In this document: in pieces, positions 1 through 9,580 of the stretch | How positions within the stretch are numbered: position 1 is the first letter of the stretch | How the letters are laid out: each line of letters starts with the position of its first letter | NCBI GenBank assembly: GCA_963828165.1 | Contig: CAWHDR010000002.1 | Span: 1 to 64,000 of the forward strand | DNA length: 64,000 nt | Source of the DNA: an uncultured Chloroflexia bacterium | GTDB taxonomy: Bacteria > Chloroflexota > Limnocylindria > Limnocylindrales > CSP1-4 | Direction: 5' to 3' | Position numbers and translations under genes: made by a program | The notes under the pieces: model-generated | Told to the model about the DNA's origin: nothing | The model's input: only the letters and a program-made list of their open reading frames with translations | Database searches by the model: none

Positions 1-408
1 CGGGTCGGTGCCGAACTTGCGCAGGGCGTCCGACACCGGATCGCCGGCCAATCCGGACAGCTCGGCGTCGTAGGCGAGCTCGAGGCCGGCCCGCCCATAG
101 CGACTCGAGGCGTAGCCCACGACCTGGCTCACGGACTCGCCGCGGTAGACGCGATACAGCTCGCCGTTCGCATCCTTCTCGTTGCGCGCCAGGACCTCGC
201 CGTCGCGGTCGAAGATGGTGCCGCGCGGCACGGTCCGGGCCGCCTGGATGACGGCGGGATCGAGCGGCGAGCGGACGAGCTCGGGCGCCTTGATGACCGC
301 CCAGTAGCCACCCGCCGCGGCCAGGGTTCCGAAGGCGATCGAGAGGGCCAGCGCGACATGGACGATGGTGCGCCCGAGCGGCCGTCGACGGGAGGTCGTC
401 GCCAGCAT
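1..408 (-). CDS. pbpA: Penicillin-binding protein, class B PbpA-like; 5' part only, runs off the window edge
   Basis: Hand translation MLATTSRRRPLGRTIVHVALALSIAFGTLAAAGGYW...PRGTIFDRDGEVLA...YRVY...VVGY...GRAGLELAYDAELSG: N-terminal TM helix, RG-I-DR-G and GLE motifs. Start codon overlaps the rodA stop. Confidence 0.9.
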   Translation of the reverse strand, partial: MLATTSRRRPLGRTIVHVALALSIAFGTLAAAGGYWAVIKAPELVRSPLDPAVIQAARTVPRGTIFDRDGEVLARNEKDANGELYRVYRGESVSQVVGYASSRYGRAGLELAYDAELSGLAGDPVSDALRKFGTDP

Positions 409-1838
409 CAGGCCGTGCCCCGTCGAAGCCGGCGGCGCCAGCCGGTCGCCGTGCTCGGCGGCGGCGGCGGCTCGACGCCACGGTCGGACAGTGCGAGCAG
501 CAGCCCAACGACGACAGCGTTGGCGAGCAGCGACGACCCGCCGTAGCTCACGAACGGAAGGGTCACCCCGGTGAGCGGCAGGACCTTGAGATTGCCGGCC
601 GCGATGATGAAGGCCTGGACGCCGACGATCAGGGCCAGCCCGGTCGCCAGGATCGCCCGGAAGTCGTCGGCCGCGGAGGCACCGATGCGCAGCCCGCGCT
701 GGATGACCACGAAATAGAGCCCGAGGATGGCGATCACGCCGACCAGGCCGAGCTCCTCGCCGAGTGCCGCGAGCGGGAAGTCCGTCTGGATCTCGGGGAT
801 CGGCAGCCGGCCGCCGACCATCGGCAAGCCATTGCCGAGACCCGTTCCGAGCAGGCCACCGCGGGCGAACGCGTGGAGCGACTGGACGATCTGATAGCCG
901 GTACCTAGGGGGTCCGCGAACGGATCCAGCCAGATATCGATGCGATCGCGGACATGCTCGAACAGGTTCGCCATCAGCGCGCTGCCGGCCAGGAACAGGA
1001 CCAGCCCGATCACGACCAGGCTGAGCCGGCCTGTCGCCGCGTAGGTCAGGGCGAGGAACACCGCGAAGAACAGGAGGGCCGCTCCAAGATCCCGCTGGAT
1101 GACCACGATCCCGAGCGCGATGGCCCACATCGCGACCATCGGCGCGAGATACGGCAGCGGCGGGAGCCGGAGCGGCCCGAGGCGCGTGTCCTGCTCGATC
1201 AGCAGGGGTCGGTTCTCTGAGAGGTAACCCGCGAGGAAGACGACGAGGATGACCTTGAGCAGCTCGGACGGTTGACCGCTCACCGGCCCGAGCCGCAGGG
1301 TCAGGCGTTGTCCCGCGACATCCGCCCCGAAGATGAACGTCAGGAGCAGCAGGGCGATCCCGACCGCCGCCCAGGTGTACTTGTAGCGCCGAAGCCACGC
1401 GTCCGAGCGCACGACGATCGCGAGCGTGGTCGTGACGGCGATCCCGAGGACGAGCCAGACCAGCTGGACATCACCCAGGCCCAGGGCTGATTCGCCTTCG
1501 CCCAGCGTGACCAGCTCCTGCGGCAGCCGTTGCATGAGGAGCAACGAGATGCCTCCCAGCAGGCCGACGACCGGCAGCAACACCTGGTCGGTGCGCCGTC
1601 CCGCGAGCACCTGGGCGAGGTGCGCGAGTCCAAGGGCGCCAAGGTAGATGCCGAGACCCGGGGCGTTGGCGAGGCCGAACTCGCCCTCCAGCCCGAGACG
1701 CAGGGACACGCTGCCGACGAGCAGCGCGATCGCCGCCAGGGCCAGGAGACGAGCCTCCGTCCAGCGCGGCCGTGGACGGATCGGGCCGAGGATGCGCGGG
1801 AGCGCGGAGGCGGGCGCGCGACCGCTCGCCGCCGTCAC
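408..1838 (-). CDS. rodA: FtsW/RodA/SpoVE (SEDS) peptidoglycan glycosyltransferase
   Basis: Multi-TM protein with QPSELLK, QRDLG, GYQ, PEIQTDF and TGVTLPFVSYGGSS motifs; adjacent to the PBP gene. Confidence 0.95.
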   Translation of the reverse strand: MTAASGRAPASALPRILGPIRPRPRWTEARLLALAAIALLVGSVSLRLGLEGEFGLANAPGLGIYLGALGLAHLAQVLAGRRTDQVLLPVVGLLGGISLLLMQRLPQELVTLGEGESALGLGDVQLVWLVLGIAVTTTLAIVVRSDAWLRRYKYTWAAVGIALLLLTFIFGADVAGQRLTLRLGPVSGQPSELLKVILVVFLAGYLSENRPLLIEQDTRLGPLRLPPLPYLAPMVAMWAIALGIVVIQRDLGAALLFFAVFLALTYAATGRLSLVVIGLVLFLAGSALMANLFEHVRDRIDIWLDPFADPLGTGYQIVQSLHAFARGGLLGTGLGNGLPMVGGRLPIPEIQTDFPLAALGEELGLVGVIAILGLYFVVIQRGLRIGASAADDFRAILATGLALIVGVQAFIIAAGNLKVLPLTGVTLPFVSYGGSSLLANAVVVGLLLALSDRGVEPPPPPSTATGWRRRLRRGTA

Positions 1839-2275
1839 GAGGTGCGGGCTCGTTCGAGACGAAGACGGACCTGCCCGATCGATACCTCATCCCCGAAGCC
1901 GAGCGGCGAGACACCGGCGACGGCCCGCCCGTTCACGAACGTCCCGTTCGTGCTTTCGAGGTCCTCGACGTACCAGCTTCGGCCCCGAAACGTCAGCACG
2001 GCGTGCTCCGTGGACGCGAACGGATCGTCGATGACGATCGCGTTGTTCACGTCGCGTCCGAGCGTCGTGATCGCGTCGAGGTCGAACGAGCGGCCGGCCT
2101 CTGGCTCCCCGGTCGGGGATTCCACCACGACCAGGCGACCCAGCGACGCCCCGGGTTCGCGTGCTGCGGCTCGTAGATCGCGCAACAGTGAGCCCACGAC
2201 CCTCGCGAGGAACAGGTACAGCAGCGCCAGGAACAGCAGTCGGATGATCCAGATGACGAGCAGGAACGGGTCCAT
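1835..2275 (-). CDS. fhaB: Membrane-anchored FHA-domain protein (FhaB/FipA-like)
   Basis: Start MDPFLL at 2275 overlaps the fhaA stop. N-terminal TM; FHA motifs LGR, S-x-x-H, DLESTNGTFVNG. Confidence 0.88.
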   Translation of the reverse strand: MDPFLLVIWIIRLLFLALLYLFLARVVGSLLRDLRAAAREPGASLGRLVVVESPTGEPEAGRSFDLDAITTLGRDVNNAIVIDDPFASTEHAVLTFRGRSWYVEDLESTNGTFVNGRAVAGVSPLGFGDEVSIGQVRLRLERARTS

Positions 2276-3096
2276 CAGTCGGCGTCCCCGGTCGCCTCGA
2301 CGACGAGGACCGTGTCCCCGAGCTCGATCCGATCGCCCGCCCCCAGGACCAGCTCGCCGACCGGGGCGCCGTTGACGCGCGAGCCGTTCGTACTGCCGAG
2401 ATCGGTGTAGACGAGCGTCCCGCGCCGACCCGTGACGCGGGCGTGATGACGGGACACGCGGCCGTCGGCCAGCACCAGGTCGTTGTCGGGGCCACGCCCG
2501 ATGGTCAGGCTCGAGCCGTCGAACTCGCACAGGAACTCCGCGCCGTCGGGCGGGGTGACTCGCATGCGCGCGGTGGGTGCGCTCGGCCGGGGGATCGTGA
2601 AGACCATCGTGTCGGTGGGTCCGCTACCTCGGTCGTCGGCCGGGCCGCGGCCTGCGTCCGTGTCACCGTCGGAGGCATCGTCTGCCTCGAGCTCGGGAAG
2701 CAGGTCTCGTCGCTCCCGTCCCGCGATCGGGTCGGCGAACCGGGCCACGACCTTGATATCGGCCCGCTGCACCGTCGTGTCGGCCAGGAGGTCGACGCGT
2801 GGGCGGTCCACCAGGGTGAATTTGCGGCTTCGAGCGAAGACCAGCGCGCCATCGGCCAGTTCGGACGCGAGCGACCCGGTCATGTCGCCGAACCCTTCGA
2901 GATCGGTGGGATGGAGATGGATCACGAACCGGTTCGGGGCGAGCGTGCGATCGGCGGAAGACAGCCGTTCGGCCTCCATGGCGCGCTCGATGCGGCGCTG
3001 CAACTGGATCGGCTGGAGGCGTGCCCGGAACAGGCGCGCGGACGGACGCTCGAAGAGGCGTTCGAAAAACCGCTCGATGGCGGCCAGCGGCGGCAT
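2275..3096 (-). CDS. fhaA: FhaA-like protein (DUF3662 N-terminal domain plus C-terminal FHA)
   Basis: N-terminus IERFFERLFE...LQPIQL...APNRF..HLHPTD; C-terminal IGR..VSRHH..DLGSTNG. Start taken at MPPL (3096). Confidence 0.88.
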   Translation of the reverse strand: MPPLAAIERFFERLFERPSARLFRARLQPIQLQRRIERAMEAERLSSADRTLAPNRFVIHLHPTDLEGFGDMTGSLASELADGALVFARSRKFTLVDRPRVDLLADTTVQRADIKVVARFADPIAGRERRDLLPELEADDASDGDTDAGRGPADDRGSGPTDTMVFTIPRPSAPTARMRVTPPDGAEFLCEFDGSSLTIGRGPDNDLVLADGRVSRHHARVTGRRGTLVYTDLGSTNGSRVNGAPVGELVLGAGDRIELGDTVLVVEATGDAD

Positions 3097-3281
3097 ATCG
3101 GTCGCGGAGTCTAGCAGAGGGTTCGTTTGCGCCCCCGTGACGCCAAGTTCACCCGGGACCATCCGCAGGACGGCCGAAGTACCCCCGGCGGAGGGGCGCG
3201 AAAGTCCCTGCGGTATACTCTCGGCCCTGTTCGAGCCGGTGCGCCCGCTCAACACGTCCAGCGCAAACCCCCGGGGTCCTG

Positions 3282-5435
3282 ATGCCGGAAGTCCTCACCG
3301 AATCATTCTGCGAACGCTGCGGGACCCGCTACACGTTCGAGTCCGCGGTTCCTCGGGTCGCCCGCCTCAAGGGTCTACGGGTCATGTCGCGTGGCCTGAA
3401 GAATTTCGTCCTGTCGGACGACACGTCCATGGACGAGGCCTTCGCCGCGGCGCGCAACGAGACCGACCGCGAGGTCACGTCGCAACAGCTCGACGCATTC
3501 CACAAGACCTTCAACTTCTGCATGTCGTGCCGGCAGTACACGTGCAGCAACTGCTGGAACACGGCCGAGGGTCGCTGCCTGTCGTGCGCTCCGCTCCTCG
3601 GCGAGGAGATGCTCGCCGCGCCCTTCCCGGATCTCGATCTCTCGGGCGGCGCGGTGATGGCCGACACGAACGGACACGCCGCGGTCGGGGACGGTCGCGA
3701 GGATGGCTCGCCGCTGGACACGCTGGCCTGGCCGACCGCGGACGTCCCCCACGAGGATGGCGCGATCCCGGCCCCCACGTTCGAGGCCGGGCCGACCGAT
3801 GACTCGGGGGACGTCGATATCATGGCCCGCCTCGCTGGGCTCGGCACGACTCGAGCGGCCGCGTCGGTCGACGCCGTCGAGCCCGACGTCGAGGCTGGGC
3901 TACGGGCGGAGATCGAAGCCGCCGCGGAAGCCGAGGCCGCGGCGCAGGCGGAGGCCGAGGCGGCCAGGGTCCAGGCGGAGGTCGAGGCGGCCAGGGTCCA
4001 GGCGGAGGCCGCGGCCGAGGCTGAAGCGATGGCCGAAGCGGCCAAGGTCCAGGCGGAAGCCGAGGCAGCAGCTGCGGCCGAGGCCGCCAGGCTCGAGGCG
4101 GAGGCCGAGGCCGAGGCTGTAGCGGCGGCCGAGGCCGCCCGGGTGGAAGCGGAGGCCGAGGCTGCCAGGCTGGAGGCTGAAGCCGCAGCGGCGGCCGAGG
4201 CCGCAAGGCTCCACGCCGAGGCGGTGGCGATCGCGGCGGCGGAAGCAGCCGAGTCCAAGCGCCGCGCGGAGGCGGAGGCCGAAGCGGCCGAGACCAGGCG
4301 TCAGATGGAGTTCGCGGCTGCGGCCGCGTTCCTGGCCGCCGAGAGCCGACGGCAAGCGGAGGCCGAAGCGGCGGCCAAGGCCGAGGCCGCCAGGCTCCAG
4401 GCTGAGGCCGAAGCTCGCGCGGAGTTCGAGGCTGCCGAGGCCAGGCGCCAGGCGGAGGCGGCAGCCGCCGCCGAGGCCGAAGCCGAACAGATCCGGGCGG
4501 AGGCCGAAGCGGCCGCGCAGGCCGAAGCGGCCCGGCAGGAAGCGGAGGCCGCAGCACGAGCCGAATTCGAAGCCGCCGAGGCCAGGAGGGCGGCGGAGGC
4601 CGCAGCGGCCGCGGAGGCGGAGGCTGCCCGACGCCAGGCGGAGATCGAGGCCGCGGAAGCGGCTGCCGCAGCCGAGGCGGAGGCCGCGAGGCTCAAGGCC
4701 GAAGCCGAGGCGGAGGAAGCGCGCCTGGCCGAAGAAGCCCGTTTGGCGGAAGAGGCGGAGGCAGCCCGGCTCACGGCAGCGGCCCTCGCGGCCGCGGAGG
4801 CAGCCCGAGCCCAGGAAGAGGCAGAAGCCGAGGCAGAGAGGATCCGGGTCGCAGCCGCAGCGGTTGCCGCCGCCGAAGCCGAGGCCGCCCGCGTCGCCGC
4901 CGAAGCCGAAGCCGCCCGCGTCGCCGCCGAAGCCGCCCGCGTCGCCGCCGAAGCCGCCCGCGTCGCCGCCGAAGCCGAAGCCGCCCGTGTCGCCGCCGAA
5001 GCCGAAGAAGCCCGCATCGCGACGGAGGCCGCCGCTGCCGCCGAAGCCGAAGCGGCCCGCGATGTCGTGGCGCAGCCGACGTGGCAGACGATCGCTCCGG
5101 ACAGCACGCCCGCCACGCCACCGCCCCCGGGCACGGTCCAACCGGGCGGTCCAGCTGCCCCGGCCGACCAGATCTCCGCAAGCGCCGAGCCGGAATGGCC
5201 CACCCAGCCCGAATGGCCCAGCCAGCGGCCCGCCGCAGGGCTTCCGTTCCTGGGCCGGCCGGCCCAGCCCACCGGCGGGATCGAGGCCCTCTGGGCCGAG
5301 TCCGCCCGCGAGGTCGCGTCGACCGCCGACCCGGCGGCGCGAGCCGCGGGAGGCGTCCAGCCATGCGTCAGTTGCGGGCTGTCACTCTCCGCCACGGCTC
5401 GATTCTGCCGGCGTTGCGGGACCAGGCAGGGCTGA
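3282..5435 (+). CDS. Zinc-ribbon protein with a long Ala/Glu-rich coiled coil (717 aa), function unknown
   Basis: CERC and CMSC..TCSNC..CLSC at the N-terminus, about 390 aa of AEAEAAR-type repeats, Pro-rich linker, C-terminal CVSC..FCRRCG. TATACT upstream at about 3215. Confidence 0.85.
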   Translation: MPEVLTESFCERCGTRYTFESAVPRVARLKGLRVMSRGLKNFVLSDDTSMDEAFAAARNETDREVTSQQLDAFHKTFNFCMSCRQYTCSNCWNTAEGRCLSCAPLLGEEMLAAPFPDLDLSGGAVMADTNGHAAVGDGREDGSPLDTLAWPTADVPHEDGAIPAPTFEAGPTDDSGDVDIMARLAGLGTTRAAASVDAVEPDVEAGLRAEIEAAAEAEAAAQAEAEAARVQAEVEAARVQAEAAAEAEAMAEAAKVQAEAEAAAAAEAARLEAEAEAEAVAAAEAARVEAEAEAARLEAEAAAAAEAARLHAEAVAIAAAEAAESKRRAEAEAEAAETRRQMEFAAAAAFLAAESRRQAEAEAAAKAEAARLQAEAEARAEFEAAEARRQAEAAAAAEAEAEQIRAEAEAAAQAEAARQEAEAAARAEFEAAEARRAAEAAAAAEAEAARRQAEIEAAEAAAAAEAEAARLKAEAEAEEARLAEEARLAEEAEAARLTAAALAAAEAARAQEEAEAEAERIRVAAAAVAAAEAEAARVAAEAEAARVAAEAARVAAEAARVAAEAEAARVAAEAEEARIATEAAAAAEAEAARDVVAQPTWQTIAPDSTPATPPPPGTVQPGGPAAPADQISASAEPEWPTQPEWPSQRPAAGLPFLGRPAQPTGGIEALWAESAREVASTADPAARAAGGVQPCVSCGLSLSATARFCRRCGTRQG
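4872..5020 (+). repeat. Intragenic tandem repeat of 21/27-bp units encoding (AE)AEAARVA
   Basis: gccgaagccgcccgcgtcgcc repeated about five times, nearly identical. Confidence 0.85.
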
Positions 5436-6293
5436 CGGACGCTCCGGCGCGACGGACCGGTCGTCGCGGACGCGGACCCACGCCGCGCCGAGCAGCAACA
5501 CCTGGAACGTGAACGACAGCCAGGCCAGCGCGATGAACGCGGTGGCAAGCGAGCCCGCGAGGATTGCGGCGCTGATCAGGCGTGGTGCCACGAATAGGAA
5601 CAGCTGGCTGAGGGCCACGATCCCCGCCCCGGCCACGACCGCCGGCAGCCAGAGCGTATGCCACGATGGGTTCCGTGGTGGCACGACCCGGTAGACGATG
5701 GCGATCACCATCACGCCGATGGCGGTCACGACCGGCACCGACGCGAGCAGGCGACCGAGGGTAGCCAACGCCGGTGACGCGTTCGGCAGGAACGCCTCGG
5801 CTGCCGCCGCGAGCGACCCCCCGACGATGAGCGCAACGATGACGCCGACGAGCCCGGCGACCGAGACGAAGCCCCGCGCCGTGCGGCGGAATACGTCGCG
5901 CTCCGGGCGGTCCGTGAACACCCGAGCAAAGGCGATATCGAGCGTCGCGTAAAACTGGCTGACCGTCCATACCAGCCCCACGAGCCCGACCACCGAGGTG
6001 ACGGCCGCCCCGTCCGACAGGGCCAGCAGGGCCTGATTGACGATGTCCTGGAGCGGTGGCAGGAGTTCGCCGATCGCGCGCGCCAGCCGAGCCTGGATGG
6101 TCGGGTCGTCGACGATCCACCCGGCCACTCCGAGCGTCACGAGTGCGACCGGGAACGCGGCAAACAGCGCGGCGAACGCCAGGCCGTTGGCGAGCAGTCC
6201 ACCCGGCGCACGCCCGTAGACGTCGAGGACGGCCCGCAACAGGGCGACCCGTGGCCGATCGAGGAACCGTTCGAGGATCGCGGCCGGATCCAT
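5382..6293 (-). CDS. YihY/BrkB family inner-membrane protein
   Basis: LLANGLAFAALFAAFP, IVYRVVP and FIALAWLSFTFQVLLLGA motifs; about 6 TM helices. Confidence 0.85.
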   Translation of the reverse strand: MDPAAILERFLDRPRVALLRAVLDVYGRAPGGLLANGLAFAALFAAFPVALVTLGVAGWIVDDPTIQARLARAIGELLPPLQDIVNQALLALSDGAAVTSVVGLVGLVWTVSQFYATLDIAFARVFTDRPERDVFRRTARGFVSVAGLVGVIVALIVGGSLAAAAEAFLPNASPALATLGRLLASVPVVTAIGVMVIAIVYRVVPPRNPSWHTLWLPAVVAGAGIVALSQLFLFVAPRLISAAILAGSLATAFIALAWLSFTFQVLLLGAAWVRVRDDRSVAPERPSALPGPATPAESSRGGE

Positions 6294-6304
6294 CGATCGG
6301 CGGG

Positions 6305-6544
6305 TCAGTCCCGCAGCTCCTCGAACAAGGCCGGTTGGACGGCATCTGCCGGCACGCGACGTGGCGCGGCGATCAGCGCCCGGATCTCACCGCGTCGCAC
6401 GTAGCGGCGACCACCCAGCTTGATGCTCTGGAGCCGCCCGTCCCGTGCCCATCCACCGATCGTGGAGGTCGTGAAGTGCACGTTCGAAGCGGCCAGGAGG
6501 GCTTGCGCCTCCGAGAGCGTGATCCAGTCCGCGGCCGACGGCAT
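6305..6544 (-). CDS. Small helix-turn-helix protein (excisionase/MerR-like)
   Basis: WITLSEAQALL...STIGGWARDGRLQSIKLGGRRYVRRGEI pattern. Confidence 0.75.
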   Translation of the reverse strand: MPSAADWITLSEAQALLAASNVHFTTSTIGGWARDGRLQSIKLGGRRYVRRGEIRALIAAPRRVPADAVQPALFEELRD

Positions 6545-6547
6545 CGG

Positions 6548-6949
6548 TCAGTCGGCGTCGCGGGTCGGCGTCTTGGTCGCCGTCCCCGACTTCGATGGCT
6601 TGGGCGCTCCCGTCGACGAGTCGCCCGTCCCGGCGGCGGCCGGGACCGCCGGGGACGATTCGGTGTCCGAGCCGGACGATGCCGAATCCTTGGATGAGCC
6701 GTCGCCGGAGGCAGTCCCGTCGGAGGAACCGTCGTCACTGCCACCAGACGATGAACCGCTCTTGACCGCTGCGCGCCGCTCCTTCTTGGCCCAGCCGGAG
6801 CCTCGGTAGTGGACCGTGGGGGCCGTGATGGCCTTCCTCACGGGTCCCTCGCCACACAGCGGACACGAGGCCGGCGGATCGGCCGCGATGCCGTGGATCA
6901 CCTCGAAGCGGCGGCTGCAGGCCGCACAGACATAGTCGTACAGGGGCAC
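6548..6949 (-). CDS. FmdB-family zinc-ribbon protein with Ser-rich tail
   Basis: GTG start, PLYDYVCAAC..RFE..CPLCG..VRK..YRGSGW signature. Confidence 0.88.
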   Translation of the reverse strand: MPLYDYVCAACSRRFEVIHGIAADPPASCPLCGEGPVRKAITAPTVHYRGSGWAKKERRAAVKSGSSSGGSDDGSSDGTASGDGSSKDSASSGSDTESSPAVPAAAGTGDSSTGAPKPSKSGTATKTPTRDAD

Positions 6950-6965
6950 CCGGGCGGCCTCGCGG

Positions 6966-7721
6966 TCAGCCGCGCAGCAGGCGCATGCCGCACTTCGGGC
7001 AGTAGAACGCCCGCTCGTGTGCGGACGCGAATCCGCAGTGGGCGCAGACCAGCCCGCCGCGGCCCGCCGCGGGCATCGGCCGCTCGACGGCGGTGAGACC
7101 CATCGAGTACTGGTTCGCAAGGACGTTGCTGAGGATCCCGGCCAGCAGCTTCGCCCCGATCCGATCCGTGTCGCCGCGGACACCGCGACCACCCCAGCCG
7201 ACCACGGCGCGAACGATCATGTCGCCGGTCGCCTCGTCCCAGTGCGCGGCGACGCCTCCGAGGACCGCGTTGTACTCCGGGTATCCGCTCGTATCGACCT
7301 CGCCGTCCAGCAGCGAGCACACGAACGTGTCGAACGCGAGGTCGATCGCATCGATGGACTCGAGCACGACCAGGGCGTGCCGGGTGATCGGGGAGTGCAC
7401 GTGATGCGCGTTCAGCCACTGCATGGCTTCGGACGGCCGCGAGATCGTCGGTGTGGCCTGGCTGAATTCGATGGCCAGCGGTTCGACGACCTCGATCTCC
7501 GACTTGGCGAGTCCGACCAGCATCGAGGGCAGGTCCGACATCGCCTGCTGTCCCGCCCGCATCCGCACGCCTTCGCTCGTCTTGCCCGCGTAGTAAAGCT
7601 TGAGCTGGAACTCCTGGGCGACGACCTCCTCGGGCATCACCGCAGACCCCGTGGGCGCGGGCGTGGCGGCCGTCGCGGCGGCCTCATTGGCGTTCTTGCG
7701 CTTCAGGAAATCAAGCGGCAC
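6966..7721 (-). CDS. Hypothetical protein with C-terminal zinc ribbon
   Basis: Protein-like composition, GGGGAG RBS, C-terminal CAHCG..YCPKCG. Confidence 0.8.
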   Translation of the reverse strand: MPLDFLKRKNANEAAATAATPAPTGSAVMPEEVVAQEFQLKLYYAGKTSEGVRMRAGQQAMSDLPSMLVGLAKSEIEVVEPLAIEFSQATPTISRPSEAMQWLNAHHVHSPITRHALVVLESIDAIDLAFDTFVCSLLDGEVDTSGYPEYNAVLGGVAAHWDEATGDMIVRAVVGWGGRGVRGDTDRIGAKLLAGILSNVLANQYSMGLTAVERPMPAAGRGGLVCAHCGFASAHERAFYCPKCGMRLLRG

Positions 7722-7810
7722 AGATGGGCTCCCCGAGGATCACGTGGATTCGCCTGCATCGTAGCAGGGCACGGGGCACCAGACGCCCGCGCACGAAGGC
7801 AGGAACCGGG

Positions 7811-9485
7811 CTAGCCCCGTTCGAGGATGACGACCTCGAGGCCGCGCAGCTTCAGCGACCCAGAGCCATCCGGCGCGCTGGGATCCTCGTGCGACCCACC
7901 GATGGGTAGCCACGGACCGTCGCCCGCCGGACCGAGATCGACCGTCGAACCCTCCCGCACGAAGTTCGCGACGACGAGCGTCGCCTCCGCGTTCGTCTCT
8001 CGGAGGTAGGCCAGCACGTCGTCGCCCCCGATGTCGAGACGACGCAGCGCCCCGCGGCGCAGGCTCGAGCGGCCCTGTCGCAGGGCGATCAATCGCTGGT
8101 AGGTGGCCAGCACAGACGGCGGATCGGGGGCCTGCGCAGCCACGTTGCGCGTGTCGGCGTCGTCACCGAAGCGGATCCACGGACGACCCGTGGTGAAGCC
8201 GTGGCCGGGTTCGCCCGTCCATGGCATCGGGGATCGGCATCCGTCCCGGTTCCACCAGACCCAGCCCTCTTCTACCCGTCGCGCGGGTGGATCGATGATC
8301 TCGTCGAACGGGACCTCGACATCGCGCAGCCCGATCTCCTCGCCGTAGTACAGGAACGGCGTCCCACGCAGGGTCAGCAGGACGGCCGCGGAGGCCCGCG
8401 CCACGGCATCGGTGTCATCGATCCCCGCCGAGGCGGACAGGCGGCTGGCGTGGCGTGACTGATCGTGGTTCGAGAGCACGACCGTCGGCCAGGTGTCGCC
8501 GAAGATCGCCTGACGCCGGTCGAGCAGCGCCGCGGTACTCCGCGGCGGACCACGGGGCCCGAACGAGCTCCCAGTCGAAGACGAGGTGGTTCTGGTTCGA
8601 CAGGCTGGCCGAGGTCTCCGGGCCGCCGTAGAACAGCTCCCCGACCGACATCCGACCCGGCACCTCATCGACGATCGCGCGGAACCGGGCGATCAGCTCC
8701 GGAAAGTCGGGCTGGTCGCGGTCGTACTTGTGCTCCTGGCGATCCCAGGCACTCGACCCCTCCACGACCTCCTCCAACTCCGGGTTCGAGAGCATCTCCG
8801 GGTCCTTGAGGAAGATGTTGAAGACGTCGAGTCGAAAGCCGTCGACGCCGCGATCGAGCCAGCCGCGGACCATCTTCAGCTGCGCCTCCTCGACCACCGG
8901 GTTGCGCCAGTTCACCTCCGGTTGCTCCACCAGGAAGGTGTGCATGTAGAACTGGTCCCGGGCCGGCTCGTACTGCCACGCGGAACCACCGAAGAACGAC
9001 AGCCAGTTGTTCGGCGGCAGCGGGTTGCCGTCCGCGTCCCGGCCGGCCGGATCGCGCCACAGGTAGAAGTCGGCGTACGGTCCCTCGCGCGACTGCCGGC
9101 TGGCCTGGAACCAGGCGTGCTGGTCGCTCGTGTGGTTCATCACGAGGTCGAGGATCACGCGAAGGCCTCGTGCGTGCGCCTCCCGGACCAGCCGGTCGAA
9201 GTCGTCTTCCGTCCCCAGGAGCGGATCGACCGCCGAATGGTCACTGACGTCGTAACCGACGTCGAAGCCCGGGCTCGGGAAGATCGGCGACAGCCAGACG
9301 CCGTCGACGCCCAAACCATCGGGTCCCAGGTGATCGAGGTGCTCGATGATGCCCGGCAGGTCGCCGATCCCGTCCCCGTCCGTGTCGCCATAGCTGCGCG
9401 GATAGACCTGGTAGACGATCCCCTCGCGCCACCACTCCGTCCCGTGGCGGGCGAGGGACGACGCGGGTGGCGTGACGTCGGACAT
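7811..9485 (-). CDS. GH13 alpha-glucosidase/oligo-1,6-glucosidase; one extra base near 8530
   Basis: YQVYPRS, GYDVSD, DLVMNHTS and DGFRLD in one frame; SNHD, PFLYYGEEIG and RDGCRSPMPW in the next frame. Confidence 0.9.
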
Positions 9486-9580
9486 CCGAGCGAGTCTGCG
9501 GGAGGGCGCCGCCGACGGTCAAGAAGGAGCGGGCCGTCACCTCTCGCCGGCATCAGGTGCGCGTCCGTATACTCGGACCG

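Noticed and set aside
3900-5060. Repetitive DNA as a CRISPR array, or the protein as TolA
   Set aside because: Repeats are in-frame coding units without unique spacers; the protein lacks the TolA N-terminal TM anchor and tol-pal context.
6305-6544. Excisionase marking a mobile element
   Set aside because: No recombinase or att sites nearby; it sits inside a chromosomal-looking operon.
7737-7760. GATCACGTGG...TGCAT resembling the end of the 190-bp element
   Set aside because: Only a 10-nt match, no partner end about 190 bp away, and it lies in a short 5' UTR.
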